From Felis catus (taxonomy: Eukaryota), in contig NC_058368.1 in assembly GCF_018350175.1 (NCBI RefSeq), forward strand, positions 136,650,001-136,714,000: a DNA stretch of 64,000 nt, read 5' to 3'. The notes beneath the pieces are model-generated. The model did not search any database. It was not told where the DNA came from and saw only the letters and a program-made list of their open reading frames with translations. Positions 47,204 through 60,800 of the stretch are shown here, in pieces. Each line of letters opens with the position of its first letter. Position 1 is the first letter of the stretch. A program made the translations under genes and the position numbers.

Positions 47204-48960
47204 GTGGAGCATCAAATTGCCTGGTCACCCCCACCTGCATTTATTTGAAACAGTGAAAGGGTCAAACTTTCTGTGAAGAACCAGAGTTTTGTAGTGTATG
47301 CAACGCAAGGTAACTCCTGCAAGGTGTGTATTCGGCTCAACTTTGCAATTTGGGGATGCTTTATGTCCGCATATCCTCACACGCTAGTGTGATTTTTTTC
47401 TGGTGGAAGTGTGGCCAACAGAGAGGAGTAAAATGGTGTTTGATTGCCGTGTTCATGTGCCTTTATTCCTCAGGGTTCTTAATGATGGCTCATTCAGACC
47501 ACCCTGGAAATACCTATTCATCTCACTTTTTTTTTTTAGAGTAAAAGGGGTGTTTTACTCTGCCGACTGTAATGGTTTTGAAGCGGTTTCTAATGGGCAC
47601 TGTGAAACCACTCAACACAGATATGCATAGGCAGGAAGGTGGCAGAAAATTGGCTGCCTGGGCCCAGTAGCCATTTTGGGGAATGTCAATAACCCGCCAT
47701 TAAATCCAACTAAGTGGATTTCAGAGCAGCTGTTACCATTGCCAACCAAGGACAGCATCTAACGCTGAACGTCAGCGCTTTTGTCTTCATTTCCAGTGAG
47801 CAAAGAAAGCCCATGGTTTTTGCTAGCAGGGTTTTATTATTGTTGTTGATTTTTTGTTGTTGTTGTTTTTGTAGTTGTTGTTTTTAAAGCAGCAATGTCC
47901 TCAAACTACCAAGCAACTCCAGTCCCTTTACTTTTGATTGCCTGATTTTGCATTTTCTCTCTGGGGCATTTTGTTCAGCCAATACGGACGTATGCTGGAA
48001 ATAATGGTGGGAGATGAGGAATCAAGTATAAACTAATAGATTTCTTAAATAAATCAAGTCGTATTTTTGAGTGCTAATCAAGAAGCATGAAGTTGTTAAG
48101 GGATGTTTGGGAGAATGAGGTACCCCACTGTTTGTGATTTACTTGGGAAAATAAGTCATTCCCAGCTTTAAAAGACACTAACAAAGGGTGTGTTCTTAGT
48201 TTACAAACTGCGTGTGTGAGAGAGACAGAGACACATACAGTGAGAAAGAGGAGAGGGAAAAAGGAGTTTTACTCCCAATTCCTCCGGAAGACAAGGGGTA
48301 AGAATGGAGATCGTAACAAGCATTGCGGTTTGTTCAGCCGCAGATTCAGTCATAATGACAAAGGTTACCCAGGTACCAGCACCCCCAGCCCCAGCCACAA
48401 CCCGGAGCTAATTAAACGTTACCCAGGCAACCATCAAGTATCCTCAAACATCATACTCCAGGGCTTACGCCTTTTGTTTTCTCTCTGTGGTCTAAGGGTA
48501 ATTTCTATTGCCTGTGAAGTCAGATTGCCTTGGTCCTAGAGAAATGTGAGAAAGTAAGAAGCGCCTCTGGGGAAGCACACTTAAAAAGGGACCACAGGGA
48601 CCGTAGAAATTAACATAAACACAAGACAAAAATAATGTTATTTTACACAGTGTTCCAGCCGATGGTAAAGACCTGCCTACGGGGCGACCGCCGAGCGGTC
48701 TGCTGACACGAAACGCAACAAGAGACTACAAATGTGATTTAAACATAAAATTATCTAATTAAAAACAACCACTCCGAGCCCAGGGCAGCCGGGGTTTCAC
48801 CGGATGTCTCCTTCCCGCGGCAATACCACACCTCATTTTAAACACTCCACCTGAGGTTGCCTCTAAAAATTGCCCTGCAGGGTTAATTTCCTGAGGGTTT
48901 CAGATAGACTATGAACCACTCGAACACTGCCTTGGTTTGGCAAGTTCTCCAATCCTGCCC

Positions 48961-49151
48961 TTTTTAAAAAATTTTTTTTAACATTTGTTCATCTTTGAGA
49001 GACAGAGCATGAGCGGAGAAAGGGAGACACAGAATCGGAAGCAGGCTCCAGGCTGTCAGCACAGAGCCCAATGTGGGGTTCAAACTCACAAACATTGAGA
49101 TCATGACCTGAGCAGAAGTCTGACGCTCCACTGACTGAGCCACCCAGGGGC
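48961..49151 (-). mobile_element. CanSINE
   Basis: Reverse-complement consensus; flanks share tccaa..ctgcccttt. Confidence 0.85.
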
Positions 49152-52100
49152 CTCTCCAAGGCTGCCCTTTACCAGCCCTTTCTTTCTTAATCAAACAGGT
49201 TATCACTGGAGGCTATCAGCAAATGAGCCACAATTGAGCATTTTGGACCCCATTCACAGCTTCCTTGTTTGCATCTCACAAGCATAGTCTGGGGAAGGAA
49301 GGACTGCTGCCCAGAGGGAGCACCACTTTCCCAGCCTACTTTGCCCCAAGGACATATCAATGTTCCATATAGATGTTGCTTTTTGGTTCCTGAAATGTCG
49401 GTCGATGCCAGTGTCACACTTGAGCAAGGTAACTCGATAGCCGTAAACCTGAAGATGGCCTACATTCTGCAGCCCAAGCCAACCTTTTCGAGGTGCAGGG
49501 CCCCTCAGCCACTTTGAGCAGTTGTTTTCTGCCTTCTAAACTCTCCTGGGGTTTTGACGTCTGTTAAAGGCCAAAGAAACAGGTGTGAAAGCCTTTTGAT
49601 GGAGCTCCTCCCTTTTTCGTGTTTGTGACCAAGCGCTAGAGGGATGTGGGAAGGAAAGGAGGCAGGGAGGGATTCCTGATCATAGTCCAATCCATTGGAA
49701 AGAAGATCATCTTTTCACAGTCTATGGTATATCGTTTTAGAAGGTGCCCTATTTTGGGCAGTCTGTCATTACGTATTTATGTAGTAGTTCCTGCAGTTAG
49801 ACACGGTTTCAGTTCTTGGCTCTGCAGGCTCTAAGAAGATGTATAAGTAATCCTGGCCTGAGAGTTATTTACAACTAAACGTGGAAATAAGATAACAGAA
49901 CAGGTCAGTGTATAGTCTGTGTCAAATGAGAATTTTGCAGGAGAATCCATCCGTAAATTGTTTCTTCAGGCTATTTAAAAACATACACATGCATAACAAT
50001 ATGCACAAAATCATATTCCCTATACAAATAGAGGCATAAATACAACAGACCTAATGTACAGCCTTCTCTTTGTGATCAAGGAATTTCAACCCAAACTGAA
50101 TTGGTCCCTAGCATGGGTTAAGCTCTTTAATTTATGAAAAGATTGAATGGCTCTTTTAAGGATTCACCTCCTCTGAAAGCCTGTGAGAGCAAAACTGCTG
50201 AACTGAATGTATGGGCTTGATATTAAGATTGTCTCCATCTTTGAGCGCTGAAAAATTGTCCATTGGGAGACTCCGGAGACACGTGGGAGAGACCATGAGA
50301 TGAAACCTTTTATGAAAATAAATGTGTAGTAATTGGTTGACTGCCCAAAGGCTAGAATGGACACTTTGGAGATGGAAAGCACCTGATTCAGTTGTTCCTC
50401 TATCCAGGGAAGCAGTGAAGTATGTGTTGTGAGCTGTTCCCCAGCACTTTCCGTTCCCCTGACCTCAAAGCCTGACCTCATGTTGCAGCTCTGAGGCACC
50501 TGAGACTACTAATGGTACTCAAGTAGCCCCCTGCAAAGTTGCCGTGATGGCTTTCCTCTTTTGCACCATAAAGGGATTAGACTCGATGAGGGTCTCTGGA
50601 ACTTCCTTCTGGCAGCTGTGAGTTGTGTAAAACAATAGATGGTCAGTGGAGAAGAAGTCCATGTGAGATAAGTCTGGGAACCATGACACGCGAGATATGA
50701 TTTTTCAGGAGTCATAAAGTATGTAGCTCTATGTAAATAAACTTGTTTAGTTTTATATAACCACACATTTCCTTAACCTGTTTGATTAGTCCCTTTGACC
50801 ACCACTCTTTCTCAGGGATCTAGACTTCTGTAGAACACAATTTGGGAGAGGAAGGACTAAATGATCTCGGAGTCCCTTCCAGTTTTTTTTATTTTCCCTT
50901 CCGTGTTTCCTTGAATTTTTACTAAATTGCCTCATCACTGACGTGTGGAAGAGAATTTGTCCTATTCTCTGTTTAGCTTAAAATAGGTTTTAATCCAGCT
51001 TTTAAAATATCAATGAAAGAATTTAGTTTAGCAAATCTGCCTGTCCCATCTGCTAGGATTAATTTTAGGGGAAGAGGCACAGCTTTATGACACTTAGGCT
51101 GATTTCCCTGTGGGAATTCTTGGCCCCTGACTTTTCCCATCTGTCTTTACCTCGCAGACAAACCAAATAAGACAAAACTTAAACATGTTTGCACAATGCC
51201 AAACACCTGCATTGAAAGTATCTCAAAAGTCAAATTCATGAGTGTTTTATCTACATAATGCCAAACTGTAAATGACTACATTTTTTTCCCCATTAAAATT
51301 AGAATTTCCACATCGATGTTTGCTACTTCATTAAGCCTTAGATTAGCTACTTATTCACAGATCTTTGAAAGGAGGCTAAAGATTGAACCTCATGAGTTCA
51401 TCTGTCAGTTGAGTGTGTTAAAAGTGCCAGGGACATCATTTGTTATGGACAATTGAGAATGGCCTACATTTTAATAAGCATGATCAGCTATGCATATCTT
51501 GTCATGTGAACCATCAATTAGCACAACGTAATCTAACAAGTCAGTACATGTAGATATGAATGCCCTCGGGAAGCAAAGCTCAAAACAAATCATTACTGAC
51601 AGTGAACAACTTGTATGCAGGTAATGATTATCAGAAAGCCACGATTATACAGAAGGAAAAGTGATTTTTATGTTGGTGCATCAAAAGGTTTCTAACACCT
51701 TTTAGGTAATAATTTCAATTTGTGTTATTCCTAATGTGATCATGTTTGCCAAAAGTTTAAAGTTCGCTCACTAGAACCTACTGATATTACTTTTATAATA
51801 AGCCTTACAGAGTATTCTAAAATCTGAATGAAATAAAATATGTACAACAACAAATTAATGAAATTCGCTCTGTGGATGAGAAGAATGGTGGTTTGGTTCA
51901 TCAAGTATTCTAGTTAACAGAGAGTTGCCAATAATTCCGTGTGTGATTAGTATTATTTTAAGTTTTAGAATCCAGTAATACAGTCCTTTCTGTTAAATGA
52001 ACGCCTTAAACTTATCTAGGATACATTTAGAATTTCTAAAACAAATTTATATGATAGCCTAGGATTTTCTTACAACACATCCCCTTAGAAATCTGTAATT

Positions 52101-53242
52101 CATTTTTCCTCCAAAATAGAGTGGTATTTTCAAAGATAGCTTTTACAAGAGTCATTGCACTCAGATATTGGCATTTTATTGAAATACAACCAAGGGAGGC
52201 TCACTCACATGGAAGAATGCACTTTCCCCCACCCTGTGGAACCCAAACTTAGAATAATCTAACTGAGCCTTCCTTGGACGATTCAGGAGGAAAGTCCTCT
52301 AGATCCTCATTGTTAATACTAATGGTCACTATGCTGTCCGTGTGGGAGTTTGCTGATGAGAAGTGAGTTCTTATTACTGAAATATTAGTGAGCAAACCAT
52401 TTGTACAGAGTTGGCCAAGTGGCCACGTCCATATGGATACGATTTCATTTCTGTGTAGGACGACAGATCTTTAGAAAAAGAGTCATTGGTTCTAGATATT
52501 GCAAAAGGACCTAGAGCTGCTGTAGAGAAACAGACAATGGCAGTTGTCCAGGTAGCTTAAAAAAAACCCAAAATCTCAGAGGTTGCAACATATGTATTAG
52601 CCAGCTGCATTTACGTTGTCCTGTTTTATATACAACTGGTGCATCCCACTCTTAAGTCCCAACCATTTTTCCTGCCTACTTCCTCTCTCTCTTGTATATG
52701 AAAACATGGTTTCTAAAATAGATAATTGTCTTCTCCCTTGCTCCATCGCCTTCCTGATGAGCTAACAAACACAAAATCCCAACCAAGCGGTAAAAGAAAC
52801 GAGAAGTGAGAGTATTTTTAAAGGCGTCTCGATCGCCTGTGCTTTCAGATTGTCTAGAATAGCTGTAGATCCTAGAAGTAGAAAGGTTTTATGGCTAAAA
52901 TTGCATGCACCCTTGCACACATGTATAGCATTGTGTGTGTGTGGATGCTTTTGTTTTTATATAACTTCAAAAACATCCTTTCCATTTAAAGAAGCATTAG
53001 AGCATCCAAGTCCATATCTGTTGATGAAAAAGTGACATTTCCTGTGGGTTCACTTTCTTTCCTTCTGTTGTTTTCTCGTTTGGATCACTCATGCATGCCT
53101 TTTTTCCTCCACTTAATGTCACCTATTTCCTGCCTGCTTCTCTTCTCCTCTTCTTCCCTTTTTCCTAATTTGCCCTCTGCACTCTCCAATTGCAGCTTTC
53201 TTTTGTACAAATAATGCTGGTTCGGGCTATTTTATCTAAAAA

Positions 53243-53430
53243 CATTTTTTTAATGTTTATTTTTGAGAGAGAGAGAGAGGCAGAGAGAGAGGGAGACACA
53301 GAATCCGAAGCAGGCTCCAGGTTCCGAGCTGTCAGCACAGAGCCCGACGTAGGCTCGAACTCACAAGCTATGAGACCATGACCTGAGCCAAAGTTGGACG
53401 CTTAACCAACTGAGCCACCCACGCACCCCC
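53243..53430 (-). mobile_element. CanSINE
   Basis: Reverse-complement consensus. Confidence 0.9.
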
Positions 53431-55649
53431 ACGTTATTTTAAAACATCTAATGAGATGGTTGTCTGCTTTTTAGAAGGAGCATTACATTATCTATTAGTT
53501 ACACATATTATGCTGTGTCTCATTTTTGTTTTCTTATTTTATACATAGAACAGAGACTATTTGGAGCCTTTGGAATAACATTCCAGCATATAAATACACG
53601 GAAAATAATTTGGCAAATTGACGCACTCCAAGGTCATTTAGAAATATGATTCCATCATCAGATAGAAATTTCTATTGCTGGAATCCTTTAGCCGGCAAAT
53701 GGGTTTCCTATGCTTGATAAGCAGACTCATCAAAAATATGAAATTAGTTCTCTTTCCCACCCCCACCCCCCCAAAGTTCCAACTTACAATTTAAAAGGAA
53801 GGAAAAGAAAAAAACAACCAATCAAACAAAAAACCTACTTTGAGTAGGTCCGAGAATGAGGTGATTAAAGACCAAAGAGCTTGAATCAAGTAGTCATAGG
53901 ACTAGATTTTTTAAATCTTTTGGGACTTTACTATCCAGCAATGACTTTTTCCCAATTGTAATTGAATGATAAGAGAGAAGGAACACAATTGTCTCATAAT
54001 CATAGAACTAAGGAGGCCTTAGGCTGATGTCCCTTGCTAAAGAGCCTTAGAACCGTGCCTGGCTCCTAGTACTGGCCTAGAACTTGTATGACAATGAATG
54101 ATGAGGTGAAAAACTATATTTAGCTCCTTGGTTTGAAAAACAAGCTGCATACGAAGCCTGAAAATTTGCACTGATTATTTGTATTGCAAACAGTTTCTTT
54201 ATTGTAGATTTCCTTTAAACATTGATGTGTGGCAAAATGTTTATTTACAAACTACCAATTATTTTCAAAGTCTTGGCAATCAAGAAGCTCTGGTTAAGAG
54301 CCAGTGTCTAGAGAAGCAAAGGACAGAACAACTGGAGTATGGGGATGAGGAGTGGAAAATCTGTGTTCTAATCCCACCTCTGCTGCTAAATAGATTTGGA
54401 TTATTATGGACAAATTACTTAGCATTTATGAATTTAAGTTTTATTATCTCTAAGTTTCTTTTGTATTGTGTTTAATATTCTGTGATAGAATATTAACCCG
54501 TAGTGAAAAAAGCCATTCAGGTATTTGAAAAATGGCTTGCATATCAAGTTGATAAGCGCAGCTAATGTGTAAAGTCAAGCTGTGTTATTTATATAAAGTG
54601 CTTTGGAGTTCTTAGGATGCAGCGATCTGCTCGGCTTAGCAGTGAGTGAAAATATGTACAGTCAGTCTATTCTTTGTACAGATATATATTGCTTGTCTTA
54701 TAGATTCTGGTATGGTATGAAATAAGCAAAACAAATGTAACCACAGTTTGTACCTGGTCTCTCAAGGAGCTCACGGTTAAGGTAAGGAGGTTGACATCAA
54801 TCAAATGGCTGTATAGATATGTATTGCCATCTGTGCTAAGTACTAGGGAAGAGAATATGGTGCTATATAAGGATGTAAAGAGGAAACTGATCTAGGACGG
54901 GAGAAGTGAGAGAACTTTACACTTGGGATTTGGGATGAATGCTTTTTATTTTACATTTAAGACATGGTACACTGTATTTATGTTTCCCTTTTAATGCATT
55001 AGCAATTCTGCCTGGTGTTATAGGTTCGAGGGTGTACAGATATTTCTTGAATTTCACAGAGCTCAATGTGAAGTTACAATAGTATATTTCTTAGGAAACA
55101 GGAACAATTACATAGACATGATTTGAAGATATTTCTGTGAAGATACAAACATTCTTGTAAAGATTGCACCACTTTGCTCTGAGCCGAGAAAGAAAGTAAA
55201 GGAGGACTGAGTATTCATTGGCCTCTTAAAAAGCATGGGCTAATGCCGCAAACATCCTGATGATAGAGAAGTGAAGTAACCAACATTTCTGGATCAGAAT
55301 TCGAAGGTTTGCATTGTAACTTCATTATGGTTCCTGTGTCCCTCTGGAATATACCTCATGTCCATGGCGCTTAGAAGTTCAGTATCTTTTTCCCAGCATC
55401 TTCCCTGTGCCTCCTGCAGGGATACTTGGTGGTTGTCAAGGCTCTGTTAGGCCAGTCATCTCTTACTGATGTTTCTTTTATTCAGACTTAAGTGTCTGCT
55501 TCTTCTCTTCCATGTTAATTGGTATTTCTTTGTCCTAGTTGATGATAAAACATCTCAGTGTTTGCACATAAGAATACTTTTCTTGTAGCTTGTAAGATAT
55601 GACTGAAGCAAATAACCCACGTGTTATATGAAACCAGTGCCTCTCATTG

Positions 55650-56400
55650 GAAAAAACAAAACCTACCTTCACCATTAACTCCAGTACAGAACAGATTTTC
55701 TTGTTCTTTATAGGATTTATTATGGAGGTGTTAAAAATTCAGTTGCAGGCAGATTAACTTTCTCAGTCATTGGTGTACTCCCAAATCTTTGCTACTCTCC
55801 TGACTCTACCTGAAATTAAAGTATGTTCTAAAGAAATGTTGAGCTACAAGTATGTTTCACCCAGCATGGGTGAAATGGTCTGAACTTTTTCAGTCTTCAG
55901 ACTTCAGTCTTTTTCAAGTAGCAAAGTTCTTTTCGCATTTATCCTTTTCATTGTTTCTATTACTGTTCTGATTTCAGCCTTAAGAATATGTATAATTCTT
56001 ACAATATATCTTGTTTTTATACTCGTCCTCTGTCTCATCATTTTCTCTTTGATCTTTTCCCACACGTGTGTTTTGTACATCACTGTCAATATTCTGCTGT
56101 GGGCATTCTGCTCTTCACTTCCTTGGATGCAGATTTCATTCTGCTATTGCATTTGGTCTTTCTTGCAATTCTTTTGTTGATTCCTCTGGCGTCTTTTTGA
56201 ATCTCTGCCTGTGATTCAGCCCAGTCTGTTTTCATTGTTCTCTGTCATCTCATAGAGACTGTGTCTGCCATCATTTGTAGATACCAAGTATCATTTTTCT
56301 AAAAATTTCTCTTGTTCCCTGTAGAAAGTCTTTTTTAGAGATAGGGTTTTCCATGAAGCCTCAAGACAGTGCTCAGTTTTTTCTTGCGATGCAGAATCTT
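55650..56400 (-). mobile_element. Old L1M fragment, antisense
   Basis: Strongly T-rich + strand with L1-like degenerate sequence. Confidence 0.45.
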
Positions 56401-57597
56401 TTCAGAGGCCCCATTTTTCTATTTGTTTTCTCCTTCTTGTACAGGGAGAGGTCTGTCCGGACTCTGCAGTTGCTAACAGGCTTGTAGGGACTCCTTAGTG
56501 ATTCTCACTGCCCACTTGGGTACTGTCAGTTTCACCTCTTCATACTTAGAACCTCTAAGCCTGTTTCAGGTGCATATCCCCGGCCCAGACCCAGCCTGTG
56601 TCCCTGGTCCAGCGGTCATTTATTTGCTGGCCTGGGAAGAGATTGTGCTCACTGTCAGAGCTTCTGCCTCTGACAGAGAATTAGAGGGACCTGCGATACT
56701 TCTTTATACAAATAAGATACAGAGACCACACACCAGCGTGTGCTCCTCTCTGGGTTCTTCCTACTTCTGTTGGCCAGTGTGTTTCCTGAGAAACCATTGG
56801 GCTTAGGTGGTAATGCTGGGTGGGAATTCTCCTGTAGCCCAGTCTCTGCTGGGTTTTGAAGGCGAGGAGCTGGAGAAGCTGGGAGCGGTGGGAAGGGAGG
56901 TATCCGTTTCCCTTCAGTAAGGGACTCAGAGCTTTTTCTGGTCTTTGCGTTGTAGGCTTAGGGGCAGATACTTGAAGAGAGAGTCAGAGCTTTTCCAGCC
57001 TTCTTTGAGTCCAGCAGAATGGTGAAGGGTGGGGGCTCAGGAGGTGGGAGTGCCCAAATTCAAATACAGGTTCCGCCTCGTGCTTAAGTTCTCTGTGCCT
57101 CAGTTTTGTCTATAAACCTGTGCTGTAGAGAAGTTTTGAAAATTTGGTGGCTATCATGTAAAGCATTGGAAGAGTAGCTGGAACATATTAAGTGCTCTAT
57201 AAATGTTAGCTATTGTTAATGTATGTATGGTTTTCCTGAGGTGGAGTGTATGCTCTAGAGCATTTAAGAATGTGTATTTCAATTCCTATTGATATACCTC
57301 TTCTTGCCCCCACTGAACCCCTCTTCTCTACCTTCCAGCGTATGGCCATTTCTTTCCTTTAATTCACCATGGCCAGTTTTTCTGGTCTTGTGTATTTTCA
57401 TGAATATCTCAAAAATTCACAGATTTGGATAATGGTATATTCAGTTCTTTGTTCTGCCATCGTATTAACCCACCAGCCTTCCTAACTAATTCCAACCCAA
57501 AGTAATAATTAAATGATATAATCTTCATTTGAAAAAATCTGTAATGCTTGTAAAATGTGGTACCATTTTGGCATCTTGAATACACTTCAAAATCGTA

Positions 57598-57825
57598 TTT
57601 TTTTTTTTAATTTTTTTTTTCCAACGTTTATTTATTTTTTGGGACAGAGAGAGACAGAGCATGAACGGGGGAGGGGCAGAGAGAGAGGGAGGCACAGAAT
57701 CGGAAACAGGCTCCAGGCTCTGAGCCATCAGCCCAGAGCCCGATGCGGGGCTCGAACCCACGGACCGCGAGATTGTGACCTGGCTGAAGTTGGACGCTTA
57801 ACCGACTGCACCACCCAGGCGTCCC
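57598..57825 (-). mobile_element. Young felid SINE (SINEC_Fc type)
   Basis: Same diagnostic variants as 39952-40197 (gagccatcagcccagagccc, cctggctgaag); perfect TSD tcaaaatcgtattttt. Confidence 0.95.
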
Positions 57826-60800
57826 TCAAAATCGTATTTTTAAAGAATTACACAGGTCATTTCTACAAAACAAATTCTCTGGTATACTTGATTGGTTCCA
57901 TCAATCAGCCCACTATATTTAGTCTTAATAATGTGTAGATATTTTATATTATAAGCCAGTAGTTTATCAAATATGTTATCTTTCTTAAAATAGATTTTTA
58001 GATAAAAGTGTTTAAAAAAAGGAGAAAATTGTTGTTCATGATTGATGCTTTTAACCTGCTCTTTAAGGAAATGAATAAGAAATGTTAGCCAAGCAGGAAA
58101 AGCTCATTCATCTTGATGTAATGTTCAAATGATCTGTAACCACTGGCTACTCTATAAAATCTACACTATTATTCAACTGTAATTTGTTCAGGCTTATGCT
58201 TTTTTTTTAATTTTTTATTTTTTATAACATTATCAGTTCTCTGCACTTAAAGCTCCCTAGAGCCAAATATTTCCATTTCTCTTTATCTAATAAGGACTTT
58301 GTCCATTTCAAGTTTATATAAATCCCTCTTTTCTCTATGCTATTATGGAAAATCCCTTCCTGCAACCTCTAGCTTCTGCCCAAAGAAGTGCTACATTGAT
58401 TCTTGTTACCATAGGAAAACCTTATGAATTACAGCTTTGTGTTTTGCCTTTAGTTTCTGCGTGTGTGTGAGAGTTTTACGTGTTTTTACACATTGGCTTT
58501 TGTGATCCTACAGTTTGACTTGGTTGCATGAGAAAAGTACAATTTTATTTGACTGGTCACTTGGGGGATAAAAAGTTTGCATCAGAAAATCAAGCCTGAA
58601 CCCACGGCCAAGGTAGTCCTTTGATTTCTGATTCTGTTGTATTGCCTCAGCAAGACTCCACCACTGCATTAGAGGGTCCCATTGTGTCCCAGAGGGGGCA
58701 GCGGGACGGCTTGCCTGTACCCCACAGCCACCTCCCTTACCCTGCATATTAAGCCTGTGATTACAACAGACGTGGCATTTGTCTCCAGCTTTTGTGTAAT
58801 GATGTCATCGCATGCATGTCAAACAGGGGATTAGCATGAAGAGAGAAGTCTTAACTGACATTTTTATTTTCATCAAGAAGAATCTGGTTTTACTTCATTT
58901 TGTTAACTGGAATTGTCGTCCTGCTGCACAGGAGACATTTTTAAGTGGAAAAAAAGAACAGGGAAACCTTGAGAACGTAGAAGCAGACATGTACTGGCTG
59001 CATGGATGGAAATGTGTGCTGTTGTGCCACTCTGTCAATGAGTGAAAGAGTCCACGACACAAAGCATGCCTGAGAAATCTGCTTCTTTTCTTACAAAGGC
59101 AGAATATCATTCTTCTCAAGGCCCTTAATGGCCTGGGCCCTGCTGCAGAAAATGCCCCTGAAAAGGGAAAGCAAAGACTGTGGCCACTGCTGGTAGAAAG
59201 GGTGTGCAGGCGGTTGGTCCCGTAGACCTCTGCAGTGTTTTCTCTTTTTCCTGATGGCATGTATCGAGTATGTCTTAAGGCTTCATTGCTTATGTCTGTC
59301 TCAGGGTCGAGCTGTTAGTTTCCTTCCCATATGAAAAAAAAAAAAAATCAGGAAGAGAGGCCTAATGTCAAAGATGCTTTGAGCCCAGAGCTGAATCCAT
59401 GGAAAAACGTAATTTTTCTCAATCATTTCCGACTCCTTCCACAAAAACAAACATAGGAGGAAAATTAAAGTCAGACTTGAGGAATGAGAGTCCTGTCTTC
59501 TTTTGAGCAATCTACCCATAACTGCATCCGAGAAGCTGTGTTCAAATGCCAGCTCCGCCTTTTACTTAGCTCTGTGCCTTTGGGAAACTGAATGGATCTG
59601 CACCTCAGTTTGTCCATCTGGACAATGGAGTTAACTAGCAACAGTGCCTATACCTTACAGGTTGTGCCTGGTACCTATTGGTATTTGTTTTTCATCTTCA
59701 AAAATGAATTCCTTTTAGAAAACTAGATAGTGTTCTGAGGTGACCTTCTTACTCCAGTGAGTAAAGGTGGCAGCCTCCTCTTTTCCTTTTTTCTCCCCCT
59801 CTTCTCTCAGGGTCTTGCAGACAGACTCTTGCTAATCCAGATTCCCTCCCTGGGCAGTAAACCTGGGAGCTAGGAGATTGAGGGTACCTGGAATAGACAG
59901 GCTCTGGAATTTCAATCTTTTTCAATTTTGCCAAAGCATTGGAAGTATTTTTAAAAGTTCCTGCAGATTTTCTTGGGAGATTTTCAAATCCTTATAATGT
60001 TTCCCACTTCTCTATATTTGGGCACCAGAATTTTCTTAGCATCCAGTTTCTTTGGAACAGAGTTCTCCTGTGAAGAAGGATGAATCCAATCCAAATCAGG
60101 CCCTCTTGCCAGGTGATAATTTTCCATCCAGATTGCCCTGGGGCCTTTCCATTTTCATTTTTGTTTTGCCTTGAAAGGCAACTGGTGAGCTATTTCTTTT
60201 TCCTCATTTGACTTCTCAGGTCTGATTACCTAGCCGATTGTTGCTTATTAGAATGGCATTTTAGAAATAAGATTCTGAATCACACTTGGTTTTGGGGTAT
60301 AGCACAACTGGATTTGACCAAACGTCTTCAGTTGCAATTCTCCAAGGTCAGTGTGTTCCTAGTTGGAAGGAATCCTGGATATGCCAAGCTCTGTGAGTGT
60401 TCTAGAAAGGACAAGACCATCCAAATCACATGTGCCATTGCCTTTGTGTGGAATGAGAGAAAGGAGAAGGCAGTGACTCGTGTTGAGCATTTGACTGCTG
60501 TGTAAATTGCCAGTTACTGACATACACACACTCATGTGCCCTTTCTCTGAGATTTCCCTGAGTTTCTCTCCTGAGTTTGTAGAACATTGCCATTGTTTCC
60601 TTCATGCCTACCTCCAAGTGCTCCTTGGACTGTTGGAAATACAGGGCAGATCTCTTATCACACGTTTCCTGAATATAAATGGAATTCGTAGAAAAAAACA
60701 GATTCCAAACAGGAAATCAGCAATTGCTTTTAGAGGCTGAAATTGTTGTGTGTAGATGGCCAGATGTTTTTTTTCCCAGGTGGCTGATGGGGCTATTGGG

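Noticed and set aside
48641..48670. Possible 14-nt microexon (ttttacacag|tgttccagccgatg|gtaaag)
   Set aside because: Frame-shifting, short pyrimidine tract, weak donor
3270..57938. Recurring ORFs with SLSLSL, ERERER or GAWVAQSVKRPT motifs
   Set aside because: Translations of CanSINEs
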